DNA of 64,000 bases from an uncultured bacterium (lineage in GTDB: Bacteria > Omnitrophota > Omnitrophia > Omnitrophales > Abzuiibacteriaceae), in NCBI GenBank assembly GCA_964387845.1, contig CAYLXA010000008.1, positions 1 through 64,000 of the forward strand, read 5' to 3'. Shown here piece by piece: positions 54,890 to 64,000 of this stretch. The notes beneath the pieces are model-generated. The model made no database searches and was not told the origin of the DNA. It was given only the letters and a program-made list of their open reading frames with translations. Within the stretch, counting starts at the first letter, position 1, and the number at the start of each line of letters is the position of its first letter. Made by a program: the position numbers and the translations under genes.

Positions 54890-55684
54890 ATGAAAACCTC
54901 AATCCAACACATCCTTAATAAGAAAAAAGCCAAACAGAAAATCACGGCGCTTAGCACCTACGATTTTGCATTTGCGAAGCTCGTCGATCAATCAGGTGCG
55001 GATATTGTTTTGGTCGGCGATTCCGTCGGCATGGTCCAGCTCGGTTACGAATCCACGTTGCTTGTGACTTTGGATGAGATGATTCATCACACGAAGGCGG
55101 TTTCGCGCGCCGTAAAGCGTGCGCTTGTTGTGGCGGATATGCCGTATAAAACTTACGAAACAGCCGTTTCGGCGATTAAATCTGCACGGCGGTTTATTGA
55201 AGATGCCAAAGCTGATGCGGTGAAGTTAGAAGGCGGCGAGAAAGTTGTGAAGCAGGCCAAGGCACTCACACGGCTGGGTATTACAGTCATGGGCCATCTC
55301 GGAATGTTGCCGCAGTCGATTGAGAAGACAGGCGGCTATAAGGTTCAGGGTAAGGACAAAAAGCAAGCCGATCAAATTTTAAAAGATGCAAAAGCACTCG
55401 AAGAAGCCGGAGCATTTTCTATCGTTTTGGAATGCATTCCGTATGAGCTTGCGAAGAAAATCACGGAATCCATAAAAATTCCGACCATCGGAATCGGCGC
55501 CGGGCCTTATTGTGACGGACAAATTTTAGTGCTGCATGATTTACTTGGGTTTAAATCGAGTGTCAGCCCGCGCTTTGTGAGGCGCTACATGGATTTTGAT
55601 GCGCTGGCCAGTAAAGCTCTGGAGCAATTCCGCCATGATGTCGAAACCGCCAAATTTCCGTCTCTAAAAGAGAGTTTTGAGTAA
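54890..55684 (+). CDS. panB: 3-methyl-2-oxobutanoate hydroxymethyltransferase PanB
   Basis: TALSTYDFAFAKLVDQSGADIVLVGDSVGMV is the typical PanB N-terminus. The track ORF 54800.. has a 30-aa leader (SFASLRMTGEGFRMT) that is just a translation of the repeat right arm. Confidence 0.85.
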   Translation: MKTSIQHILNKKKAKQKITALSTYDFAFAKLVDQSGADIVLVGDSVGMVQLGYESTLLVTLDEMIHHTKAVSRAVKRALVVADMPYKTYETAVSAIKSARRFIEDAKADAVKLEGGEKVVKQAKALTRLGITVMGHLGMLPQSIEKTGGYKVQGKDKKQADQILKDAKALEEAGAFSIVLECIPYELAKKITESIKIPTIGIGAGPYCDGQILVLHDLLGFKSSVSPRFVRRYMDFDALASKALEQFRHDVETAKFPSLKESFE

Positions 55685-56505
55685 TGACCAGTTCCTATCT
55701 GATCCTTATTTTGCTAATCGTTCTTTATGCGGTTTCGTTTCTGGTACATTTAGGGAATTTTCTTAACAAAGAAACCAGATCGATCAATCCCAACCTGCTT
55801 TTTGAAATCGGATTCCTGCTCCACACATTTTTAATTTTCACGGAAGCGCGCGAAACCCAATTTTTTCTTCCGGTAACGACTTTCCGGGAAGTTTTGATCT
55901 TTTTTGCCTGGTCGCTCGCGTTTGTGTTTGTGATTTTACTCAGGCGAATCAAGCAGGAAAGTTTCGGAATTGTGCTCATTCCATTTTTGCTGAGTTTTCT
56001 GGCGGTCGCGCTCGTGATTGAAGACGGAAAAGCTATTCCGACGACTTATTTCAGCGACCATTATTTTTTGGTCCACATTTTATCGGCCTTTTTTGCTTAC
56101 GCCAGTTTCACACTTTCTTTCGTGGCGTCAGTTTTGTATTTAATTCAATCGCGCCTTATAAAATCCAAGCAGCTTGGCAGTTTTTACCACAAATTGCCGC
56201 CTTTAAATGAGCTGGAAAAATTCATTGTGTATGCAATTGCATGGGGCCTTGTGCTGCTTGGCATCGGGATTTTGAGCGGGTTTTTGTGGGCGCACAATTC
56301 GTTTAAATCTTTTTCGCTTTTGGAACCAAAAACGATTTCCAGCCTGGTGACGTGGCTGGCGTACGGCATTATTTCCTTTCTTTACCGTTTTTCCATTGTG
56401 CGCGGAAAACGGAACGCCAAAGTCGTTTCGCTGACGTTTGCACTTGTTTTGTTTACGTTTTTAGGAACCAGTTTGTTTCAAAATACTTTACATATCGGAA
56501 TGTAA
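55684..56505 (+). CDS. hemX: HemX-like cytochrome-c-assembly-family membrane protein (CcsA-like, degenerate WWD), upstream of hemA
   Basis: Eight TM helices. Degenerate WAHNSFKSFSLLEPKT at the WWD position. Position and fold match B. subtilis hemX in hemAXCDBL. Confidence 0.55.
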   Translation: MTSSYLILILLIVLYAVSFLVHLGNFLNKETRSINPNLLFEIGFLLHTFLIFTEARETQFFLPVTTFREVLIFFAWSLAFVFVILLRRIKQESFGIVLIPFLLSFLAVALVIEDGKAIPTTYFSDHYFLVHILSAFFAYASFTLSFVASVLYLIQSRLIKSKQLGSFYHKLPPLNELEKFIVYAIAWGLVLLGIGILSGFLWAHNSFKSFSLLEPKTISSLVTWLAYGIISFLYRFSIVRGKRNAKVVSLTFALVLFTFLGTSLFQNTLHIGM

Positions 56506-56507
56506 CC

Positions 56508-57806
56508 ATGAACCGGCTTTGCTGTATTGGAATTGACCATCATAAAACGCCCGTTGCGCTGCGCGAACGGCTCTCGATTTCGGATAAGAGAGTTCCGGAA
56601 GTGCTGGAGGCGGTCCGCAGAATCGAAGGTGTGCGCGAATGTTTTCTGCTTTCCACTTGTAACCGTTTTGAACTTTACGCGCGCGGCGATGAGTCCATTC
56701 TTCAGGCGCTCCCCAAATTTTTAAGTTCTTTGCACAATATCGAAGAAAACGAAATCAATGCGCATCGTTATTTGTTCCGCGGCGAGGAAGCTGCCCGGCA
56801 TTTGTTCCGGGTCACGTGCGGTTTGGAATCGATGGTGGTCGGCGAATACGAAATTTACGGGCAAATCAAACGGGCGTTTCAAGCCGCGATCGCAGCCGGC
56901 ACCGTCGATTCCGTAATGTTTCAGTTGATCGAACGGGCGCTTAAAATCGGCAAACGCGTCCGCGCAGAAACGAACATCAGCAAAGGCGCCGTCAGTGTTT
57001 CATCCGTTGCGGTGGAGCTTGCGGAGAAAATTTTCGGGCGTTTGAGCGGCGAGCAGGTGCTTGTGATCGGCACCGGCGAGATGAGCGAACTTGCGCTTCA
57101 GCATCTTGTTAAAGCAGGCGCCGGAAAAATTATTGTGACCAGCCGGAGTTTCGAAAGGGCGCTCGGACTTGCGCAAAAGTTCGGCGCAGAGCCCATCCCG
57201 TTTGACGAATGGCTGCGCGCGCTCAGAACAAGCGACATCGTCATTTCATCGACCGCCGCGCCGCACGCGATCATCAAAGCTGCCGACGTAAAATCGGTCA
57301 TGCAGGAGAGGCGCCGCAAGCCGCTTTTCTTTATTGATATTGCCGTGCCGCGCGATGTGGAATCGGCCGTTCAGCACATTGATGACGTCTATTTGTATAA
57401 CATTGATGATTTGCAGTCTGTGATTCACACCAACGTCCGCGAACGGAAACGCGAAATCGAAAAATGCGAAAAAATCATCGATCACGAGCTTTTGCAATTT
57501 GAAGGCTGGATCGAGCAATTAGAATTGAAACCGACTTTAAGCTGGTTTCAGAATTATTTCGAGACCGTGGTGCACGAAGAAATCGAAAAATCCCGGCCAA
57601 AATTTGCGGGCAAAGAAGATGAGCTTGAGAGTCTAATGGTGCGCGTTCGGAAGAAATTATTTCACCGGCCGCTTAAGAATCTCAAACAGGCCTCGCGCGA
57701 GGGAACGCTTTACCGGTATTTGCAAATGGTCCGCGAGCTCTTCTCCGATCATTCTCAAAAGTTCGGCCAGCCGTCGGAAAATCCAAAAGAAGATTCGCGT
57801 GTATGA
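56508..57806 (+). CDS. hemA: Glutamyl-tRNA reductase HemA
   Basis: IGIDHHKTPVALRERL...LSTCNRFELY hallmark. ATG at 56508 within the track ORF 56352... Confidence 0.9.
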   Translation: MNRLCCIGIDHHKTPVALRERLSISDKRVPEVLEAVRRIEGVRECFLLSTCNRFELYARGDESILQALPKFLSSLHNIEENEINAHRYLFRGEEAARHLFRVTCGLESMVVGEYEIYGQIKRAFQAAIAAGTVDSVMFQLIERALKIGKRVRAETNISKGAVSVSSVAVELAEKIFGRLSGEQVLVIGTGEMSELALQHLVKAGAGKIIVTSRSFERALGLAQKFGAEPIPFDEWLRALRTSDIVISSTAAPHAIIKAADVKSVMQERRRKPLFFIDIAVPRDVESAVQHIDDVYLYNIDDLQSVIHTNVRERKREIEKCEKIIDHELLQFEGWIEQLELKPTLSWFQNYFETVVHEEIEKSRPKFAGKEDELESLMVRVRKKLFHRPLKNLKQASREGTLYRYLQMVRELFSDHSQKFGQPSENPKEDSRV

Positions 57807-58732
57807 GTTTTTCGCTCCGGATCGGTACTCGGGGAAGCAAGCTTGCGCTTTATCAAGCGCAGCTGGTTGAATCCGGAATCCGGAAAGCTTTTCCGGATCT
57901 CAAAATCGAGACGGTGAAGATTAAAACAAAGGGCGATGCGGTTCAGCAGGGCTCCATCTCTTCGATCGGGCGCGGAATTTTTACCCGTGAAATTGAAGAA
58001 GCATTGTTGAGACGAGAAGTCGATCTGGCGGTCCACAGCGCGAAAGATTTAGAAACAGAGCTTCCGAAAGGATTGACGATCGGTGCTGTACTGGAGCGCG
58101 AAGATGCGCGCGATTGTTTGATTACGCTGGATCGGCGGAAATTCGGTGATTTGCCGAGAAAAGCCAAGATCGGTACGAGTTCTTTGAGGCGAAAAGCGCA
58201 GCTTTTGCATCTTCGGCCGGATTTCAATGTTGCCGATTTGCGCGGTAATGTGGATACGCGCGTCAAGAAGCTCGAATCCGGCGAGTTTGAAGCGATTGTG
58301 ATGGCCGCAGCCGGCATTAAACGGCTTGGGCTGTCGAGTTTGATTACGGAAATTCTGGATGACAGTAAAATGCTGCCGCAAGCCGCGCAGGGCGCTATCG
58401 CGGTTGAATTAAGGCAGGATGATCAGAAAGTGAGAGATCTTGTGAAGCTAATCAATCACGAGAAAAGTTTTCTACAAGCGGAAGCGGAACGCGCGTTTTT
58501 ACGGACTTTGCATGGCGGCTGCCAGATTCCAGTTGGGGTGAAAAGTGATTTTAATCAAACGCATTTTCATATGAAAGCTGCTGTATTTTCTTTGGACGGA
58601 AAAAAAGCGGTTCGGAATGAATTGTCGGGACCGAAAGAAAAAGCAAAAGAGCTCGGAATTCAGTTGGCTGAGAAATTATTGTCGCAGGGCGCGCGCGAAA
58701 TTCTGGAAGATATTCGAAAAAATTTAAAATGA
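57803..58732 (+). CDS. hemC: Hydroxymethylbilane synthase (porphobilinogen deaminase) HemC
   Basis: RIGTRGSKLALYQA...; ATGA overlap with hemA. Confidence 0.9.
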   Translation: MSFSLRIGTRGSKLALYQAQLVESGIRKAFPDLKIETVKIKTKGDAVQQGSISSIGRGIFTREIEEALLRREVDLAVHSAKDLETELPKGLTIGAVLEREDARDCLITLDRRKFGDLPRKAKIGTSSLRRKAQLLHLRPDFNVADLRGNVDTRVKKLESGEFEAIVMAAAGIKRLGLSSLITEILDDSKMLPQAAQGAIAVELRQDDQKVRDLVKLINHEKSFLQAEAERAFLRTLHGGCQIPVGVKSDFNQTHFHMKAAVFSLDGKKAVRNELSGPKEKAKELGIQLAEKLLSQGAREILEDIRKNLK

Positions 58733-60246
58733 AGAAACTAGGAACCGTTTATTTAGTCGGTGCCGGCCCCGGAAATCCGAAATTGATTACGGTGCGTGGG
58801 CGCGAACTGCTTGAAGCTTGCGATATTGTGATTTACGATTCGCTGATTTCCGAATCGTTACTCAACTGCGCAAAAAATGCGGTCAAAATTTATGCCGGCA
58901 AAACCAGCAAAACACATAGAAAATTCAGCCAAGTTGAAATTGAAAAAATGTTGATTCATTATGCAAAACTCGGAAAATCGGTCGTCCGTTTAAAAGGCGG
59001 CGACCCCTTTATCTTTGGCCGCGGTGGTGACGAGGCGCTGGCTTTGCAAAACGCCAAAATTCCATATGAAATTGTGCCCGGCATTACAGCAGCGATTGGT
59101 GCATCCGCTTTTGCGGGAATTCCGATGACGCACCGGCAAATGGCTTCTGACGTCACATTTATCACTGCTCACGAAGATCCGCTGAAACCCGACGTTCAAG
59201 TGAATTGGAAAGCGATCGCGAGCCTCACCGGAACTCTCGTGATTTATATGGGCGTTTACAGGTTAGAAGATGTTGCAACTCGATTAATTCAACTTGGAAA
59301 AAATCCTGAAACGCCCACGGGAATTATCGAATGGGGAACCACTTCTAATCAAAAAACTGTGACAAGCACTTTGGATAAGATTGCAGAAACAGCAGAAATG
59401 GCGAACATAAAGTCGCCAGCAGTTATCGTGATCGGAGAAGTTGTTTCGCTTAGGAAGCAGCTTGCGTGGTTTGAGGAAAGGCCGCTTTTTGGAAAAACGG
59501 TTGTTGTCACGCGGCCTCGCCATCAAGCCGGGGCGCTCGCTGAACTTTTAGAAAGCCAAGGTGCGCGTGTGGTTGAAATTCCCACAGTTGAAATTCATCC
59601 CGTCAAAAATTTGAAAAAAGCGGACGAGTCCATCCGCCAGATTTCAAAATACAATTGGCTGGTGTTTACGAGTGAGAACGGCGTTGAATATTTTATGAAG
59701 CGGTTAAAGCAAATCGGTTTTGACGCGCGGAAGTTAAATAAAATTAAAATTGCAGTTGTCGGGCCGGGAACAGAAAAAAAAATAAATTCTTATTCATTGA
59801 AAGCAGATTTTGTTCCGGAAGTATTTTCAACCGAAGACCTTTTCCGGGATTTAAAGCGAAAAAAAATGGTTCGCGGGAACCATTTTTTGCTGGTCCGGAC
59901 GACAATTGCCAATGACGAACTCAAGAAATCGATTCAAAAAGAGGGCGGTTTTGCAACAGAGCTTTCGATTTATGAAACACGCAAACCAAAGTTAGACCGC
60001 CGAAAGGTAAAATCGGCGGTCGAAAAGGTCGATTATGTGACGTTTACGAGCGCATCAACCGCAAATAATTTTTTCAGTCTTTTTTCACGCGCGGAATTGA
60101 AAAATATAAGAAGTAAATTCATATCCATCGGGCCGGTTACCTCGCAAGCCATTCGAAGCTTCAAAGTTCCCGTGTATAAACAAGCGAATCCTTACACAAT
60201 TCCCGGGCTTGTGGACGCAATCACGAACGGAAACGGAAAAAACTAA
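58729..60246 (+). CDS. cobA-hemD: Fused uroporphyrinogen-III C-methyltransferase (CobA/SUMT) and uroporphyrinogen-III synthase (HemD)
   Basis: N-terminal VYLVGAGPGNPKLITVRGRELLEACDIVIYD (SUMT). C-terminal HemD-like 240 aa. ATGA overlap. Confidence 0.85.
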   Translation: MKKLGTVYLVGAGPGNPKLITVRGRELLEACDIVIYDSLISESLLNCAKNAVKIYAGKTSKTHRKFSQVEIEKMLIHYAKLGKSVVRLKGGDPFIFGRGGDEALALQNAKIPYEIVPGITAAIGASAFAGIPMTHRQMASDVTFITAHEDPLKPDVQVNWKAIASLTGTLVIYMGVYRLEDVATRLIQLGKNPETPTGIIEWGTTSNQKTVTSTLDKIAETAEMANIKSPAVIVIGEVVSLRKQLAWFEERPLFGKTVVVTRPRHQAGALAELLESQGARVVEIPTVEIHPVKNLKKADESIRQISKYNWLVFTSENGVEYFMKRLKQIGFDARKLNKIKIAVVGPGTEKKINSYSLKADFVPEVFSTEDLFRDLKRKKMVRGNHFLLVRTTIANDELKKSIQKEGGFATELSIYETRKPKLDRRKVKSAVEKVDYVTFTSASTANNFFSLFSRAELKNIRSKFISIGPVTSQAIRSFKVPVYKQANPYTIPGLVDAITNGNGKN

Positions 60247-61217
60247 TGGCATATCCCAAAACGCGGCTTAGAAGGCTCCGGCGCACGGAAAATCTGAGGC
60301 GCCTTGTCAAGGAAACACATCTTTCTCCGGATCAGTTGATCATGCCGTATTTTGTTTCGGAACTGATCCGAGGCAAAGAGCCGATTCAATCAATGCCGGG
60401 ACAATTCCGGTATTCAATATCCGCGCTTTTATCAGAGCTCGATGGTTTAAGCCGCACAGGGGTTCGAAATATCATCCTGTTCGGAATTCCGAAGAACAAA
60501 GATGAAAAAGCGCGCAGTGCTTATTCATCAAAGGGAATTATTCAACAAACCACGCGCCAAATCAAAAAGCGTTTTCCGGGGCTGAATGTGATCACGGATG
60601 TTTGCCTGTGCGAATACATGAGCCACGGCCATTGCGGCATCATTCAAAAAAACCATGTTCAAAATGATGCAACGCTTACGCTTCTTGCCAAAACTGCGCT
60701 TTCGCATGCCGAGGCCGGCGCCGACATTGTGGCGCCGAGCGACATGATGGACGGCCGGATTGCCGCGATCCGCAAAAATTTAGACCGAAGCGGTTTTGAG
60801 GAATTGCCGATAATGAGTTATGCCGCGAAATTTGCCTCAGCTTATTATGGGCCGTTCCGTGAGGCCGCGCATTCTGCTCCGTCATTTGGCGACCGGAAAA
60901 GTTATCAGATGAATCCGGCCAACCGGAAAGAGGCCTTGCGCGAAATCGAAACGGATATTGAAGAAGGCGCCGATATTGTCATGATCAAGCCGGCGCTGCC
61001 GTATTTGGACGTGATTCGGGATGCGAACGCGAAGTTTCAAATTCCGTTTGCGGCCTATCAAGTGAGCGGTGAGTATTCGATGATCAAAGCGGGTGCCAAA
61101 GCCGGGTTTATGGATGAGCGGCAGCTGGTTTTGGAAACATTGCTTTCAATTAAACGGGCGGGAGCCAATATCATTCTGACGTATTTTGCAAAAGACGCTG
61201 CGAAATGGCTGAAATGA
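60246..61217 (+). CDS. hemB: Porphobilinogen synthase HemB
   Basis: RLRRLR...HLSPDQLIMPYFV and the active-site region CLCEYMSHGHCGI (Cys-rich Zn site). Confidence 0.9.
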   Translation: MAYPKTRLRRLRRTENLRRLVKETHLSPDQLIMPYFVSELIRGKEPIQSMPGQFRYSISALLSELDGLSRTGVRNIILFGIPKNKDEKARSAYSSKGIIQQTTRQIKKRFPGLNVITDVCLCEYMSHGHCGIIQKNHVQNDATLTLLAKTALSHAEAGADIVAPSDMMDGRIAAIRKNLDRSGFEELPIMSYAAKFASAYYGPFREAAHSAPSFGDRKSYQMNPANRKEALREIETDIEEGADIVMIKPALPYLDVIRDANAKFQIPFAAYQVSGEYSMIKAGAKAGFMDERQLVLETLLSIKRAGANIILTYFAKDAAKWLK

Positions 61218-62233
61218 ATCAATCAGTTTCAAAACACTCCTCACCCCAACCCTCTCCCATGGGGAGAGGGCAGGGTGAGGGGTCGAGAAGATTTCATTTT
61301 TCAATTCTTGTTTTTTTCGGTACGTTCATCCTTTGCTTCGCGCTCTGGATGACTTATCTACAGCAAGTCGGCTCCTCCGAAAATCATTTCGGAAGTTACC
61401 TGATTCTGATCATGGGCCTTTTATTTTCGGCAGCCTGCGGACTTTTTGTTTGGTCGCTTGAGTCCCGGGAACAGTTTCTCAAGAATGAAGTTGAGAAGCG
61501 GACGGTTCAGCTTCAAAGCATTAATGAGGAACTCGCCGAAAAGAATAAAGAAATCGAAAGCTTTGCTTACGCCATCTCGCACGATTTAAAAGCACCGCTG
61601 GTTTCCATTCAAGGTTTTACGTCATTATTAAAATCCGAACTCGGAAAAACTGCCGAAGGGCCTGTCGGTGCTCAACTAGACCGTATTTCAGCAAACGTAA
61701 AACAGATGAGTGCGCTTATTCAGGATATCTTGGAATTTTCAAGAGTCGGCCGCATGGAAGAAGAGCAGGAAAGTGTCGATATGAATGAGCTTTTCAAGGA
61801 AATCACGGCTGCGCTGAGGCCTCAAATTGAAAGCAAAAAAATCATACTTGAAATTAAACCGCCTTTTTCAACGCTGTGGGGATCCCGGAAGCGCCTTCAA
61901 CAGGTATTTATGAATTTGATCGGAAATTCCGTTAAATATATAGGTACTACGCCCAGCCCCAAGGTTAAAGTATATGGCCGGGAATCCGGAAACGGGCTTT
62001 TTGAGATTTGCGTTGAAGACAACGGCATCGGGATCCCGAAAGAAGCTCAGGAAAAGGTATTTAAAATTTTTCAGCGTTTTCATCCTAAATTGGGCGTCGA
62101 AGGGACCGGAATCGGTTTGAGCACCGTCAAGAAAATCGTAGAGACGAGCGGCGGGCGGATTTCGTTTACGTCGGAACCCGGCAAAGGAACGTCTTTTTTT
62201 ATCGCCTGGCCGAAAACGGATTTAAAAAAATGA
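61214..62233 (+). CDS. Sensor histidine kinase (two TM helices, HisKA plus HATPase_c)
   Basis: H-box AISHDLKAPL. G-boxes GTGIGLS. ATGA overlap with hemB at 61214; the track ORF starts at 61205. Confidence 0.75.
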   Translation: MNQSVSKHSSPQPSPMGRGQGEGSRRFHFSILVFFGTFILCFALWMTYLQQVGSSENHFGSYLILIMGLLFSAACGLFVWSLESREQFLKNEVEKRTVQLQSINEELAEKNKEIESFAYAISHDLKAPLVSIQGFTSLLKSELGKTAEGPVGAQLDRISANVKQMSALIQDILEFSRVGRMEEEQESVDMNELFKEITAALRPQIESKKIILEIKPPFSTLWGSRKRLQQVFMNLIGNSVKYIGTTPSPKVKVYGRESGNGLFEICVEDNGIGIPKEAQEKVFKIFQRFHPKLGVEGTGIGLSTVKKIVETSGGRISFTSEPGKGTSFFIAWPKTDLKK

Positions 62234-62643
62234 AACAGATTTTCATGGTCGAAGATAATCCCGATCATGCGTTTTTGATTCAAACCGCAATCGGGGAAGA
62301 TGACTGCAAAATTACGCATTTTCCGGAAGGGCTGTCGCTATTTGAATTTTTTGAATCAAACCAAAGCCCCGAAGCGCTCCCGGAGCTGGTTTTGCTGGAC
62401 CTGAATCTTCCGCAGCTGGATGGTTTTCAGATTTTGAGCAAAATGCGGGCAAATGCGAGGTTAAAACTCATTCCGGTCGTCATGCTTACGACTTCGAAAA
62501 GGCCGGAAGAAATTAAGCGTGCTTATGAGTTGGGTGCACATGGGTTTGTATCGAAGTCAGAAGATTTCGGAAACCTAAAGAATCAGTTGGCATGTGTTAA
62601 AAATTATTGGCTGAAAACAGTGGAGAAACCGAGCGTCACATGA
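62230..62643 (+). CDS. Single-domain response regulator (REC only)
   Basis: IFMVEDNPDHAFL...LVLLDLNLPQLDGF...K. 137 aa. Confidence 0.8.
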   Translation: MKQIFMVEDNPDHAFLIQTAIGEDDCKITHFPEGLSLFEFFESNQSPEALPELVLLDLNLPQLDGFQILSKMRANARLKLIPVVMLTTSKRPEEIKRAYELGAHGFVSKSEDFGNLKNQLACVKNYWLKTVEKPSVT

Positions 62644-63854
62644 TGAAGCGGGCGTCATTCCGGATTTTAGTTGTTGAAGATAACCCTGACCACGCGCAGC
62701 TTGTCAAATCCACGATCGAAATGGCAAAAAAGGGCGCTTACGAAGTCCAGGTTGCGGCGAGCGTTGAAGAAGCGGTTGAAATTCTGGGGCGCGATAGTTT
62801 CAGTTTAATCATGTCCGATTTTAATTTGCCGGGTAAAAGCGGGCTTCATTTGCTTGAATGGCTGAACGAAAAAGGCAGCACGGCGCCTTTTATCATGTTG
62901 ACCGGTTCCGGGGATGAAAAAATTGCAGTCAAAGCGATGCAGGAAGGTGCATACAATTATGTGGTGAAAGACGAATCCTACCTGCAGGTTGTGCCGCATG
63001 TGATTGATGAGGCGCTCCTTAAGTATTTAGCCAACCAGGAAAAAGAGCATCTCGAAAAGGAAATCCGTGAGAAAAATATTGCGCTCGACCAGGCCAACCG
63101 CAAACTCAGGAAGCTTGATGAATTAAAATCCAATTTTACGGCGTCGGTGAGCCACGAAATCAGGACGCCGCTTAATTCGGTCCGCGAAAGTTTGACGCTT
63201 CTTTTAGACGGCGTTGCCGATCCCAAAACGGAACGCGGGCAGCGCGTGCTTGAAATTGCGCGGCGCAATATTGACCGTTTGACGTCTATGATTAATGATT
63301 TGCTTGATTTTTCAAAAATCGAGGCCGGAAAATTGCAGGTCCATTTGGCGGACTGCAATTTAGAAACACTGCTTGACGAAGTTGTGACGGGTTTTCAAGG
63401 GCTCGCCCAATCCAAAAAAATCAAGCTGGTTTTTCAACCAAAAGAGAAAACACAGAACGTTTATGCCGATGCCGAGCGCGTGATTCAAATCATCACAAAT
63501 TTAGTCAATAATGCGGTTAAATTTACGGCGCCGGGCGGCACCATTACGGCTGACTATCGTTTGACCGAAAATGACATGGCGCAGGTTACCGTCACGGATT
63601 CGGGGCTCGGAATTCCGAAAGAGGATTTGGAACGTATTTTTGAACGTTTTGAACAATCTGAGCATTCAAACCAAAATATTCCGAAAGGTACGCGCGGAAC
63701 GGGCATCGGGCTTTCGATTTGCAGCGAGCTTATCAAGATGCATCATGGTAGGATTTGGGCGGATAGTGAACTCGGCAAAGGAAGCAAGTTTCATTTTACG
63801 CTTCCGTTAACGCAGGCGGTATTTGAAAAAGCAGAAGGCGTCAAGCAGTCTTAA
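62640..63854 (+). CDS. Hybrid REC - histidine kinase protein (N-terminal receiver, coiled coil, HisKA, HATPase_c)
   Basis: ILVVEDNPDHAQL...IMSDFNLPGKSG (REC). SVSHEIRTPLNSV (H-box). GTGIGLSI (G2). Confidence 0.8.
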   Translation: MMKRASFRILVVEDNPDHAQLVKSTIEMAKKGAYEVQVAASVEEAVEILGRDSFSLIMSDFNLPGKSGLHLLEWLNEKGSTAPFIMLTGSGDEKIAVKAMQEGAYNYVVKDESYLQVVPHVIDEALLKYLANQEKEHLEKEIREKNIALDQANRKLRKLDELKSNFTASVSHEIRTPLNSVRESLTLLLDGVADPKTERGQRVLEIARRNIDRLTSMINDLLDFSKIEAGKLQVHLADCNLETLLDEVVTGFQGLAQSKKIKLVFQPKEKTQNVYADAERVIQIITNLVNNAVKFTAPGGTITADYRLTENDMAQVTVTDSGLGIPKEDLERIFERFEQSEHSNQNIPKGTRGTGIGLSICSELIKMHHGRIWADSELGKGSKFHFTLPLTQAVFEKAEGVKQS

Positions 63855-63868
63855 CGAGGAGAGGCGAG

Positions 63869-64000
63869 ATGAAGCGAAAATTGCTGTTGGTGGATGACGA
63901 CAGGGAGTTTGCGGAACTATTCCGGAAGCGCGCTGAAGGGTCCGATTGGCAGATGGTTTGGCTGAACGACGGTACGGACGCGGTCAAGATTGCCAAAGCC
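63869..64000 (+). CDS. Response regulator, N-terminal part (3' end beyond the window)
   Basis: MKRKLLLVDDDREFAELFRKRAEGSDWQ... after a GAGGAGAGG SD. It runs off the window end. Confidence 0.55.
   Translation, partial: MKRKLLLVDDDREFAELFRKRAEGSDWQMVWLNDGTDAVKIAKA

Overview
This 64 kb window is a gene-dense bacterial chromosomal segment of about 45-48% GC. Almost all genes are on the + strand, and many neighbouring genes share ATGA/TAATG stop-start overlaps, which points to operons. I recognise three main blocks. The first (6.6-27.2 kb) is an N2O-respiration / denitrification-accessory island. It holds a Crp/Fnr regulator, hemerythrin-like proteins, a radical-SAM/SPASM enzyme, an Rrf2 regulator, clade-II Sec-type nosZ, and a single 965-aa ORF that fuses a NosB-like membrane domain with NosD and NosF. 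It continues with nosY, nosL, a cupredoxin, a B12-radical-SAM enzyme, NnrS and a caa3-type cytochrome oxidase (coxB, coxA-coxC fusion, coxD). The second block (35.0-41.5 kb) is a tandem array of secreted SBBP beta-propeller and beta-helix proteins. Each gene has a conserved leader and hairpin terminator, and two copies of the leader show compensatory base changes in their hairpins. The third block is housekeeping: folD/FTCD/panB, a hemX-hemA-hemC-cobA/hemD-hemB operon and a two-component cluster. A short palindromic hairpin repeat (GTCATCCTGAACGAAGTGAAGGATCT and its complement) occurs as empty MITE-like copies at 29.4 and 49.7 kb. At 54.5 kb its two arms flank an AT-rich GIY-YIG nuclease gene. 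No rRNA, tRNA or CRISPR was found. The organism cannot be named from the sequence; the gene content suggests an FCB-group-like or similar Gram-negative lineage.
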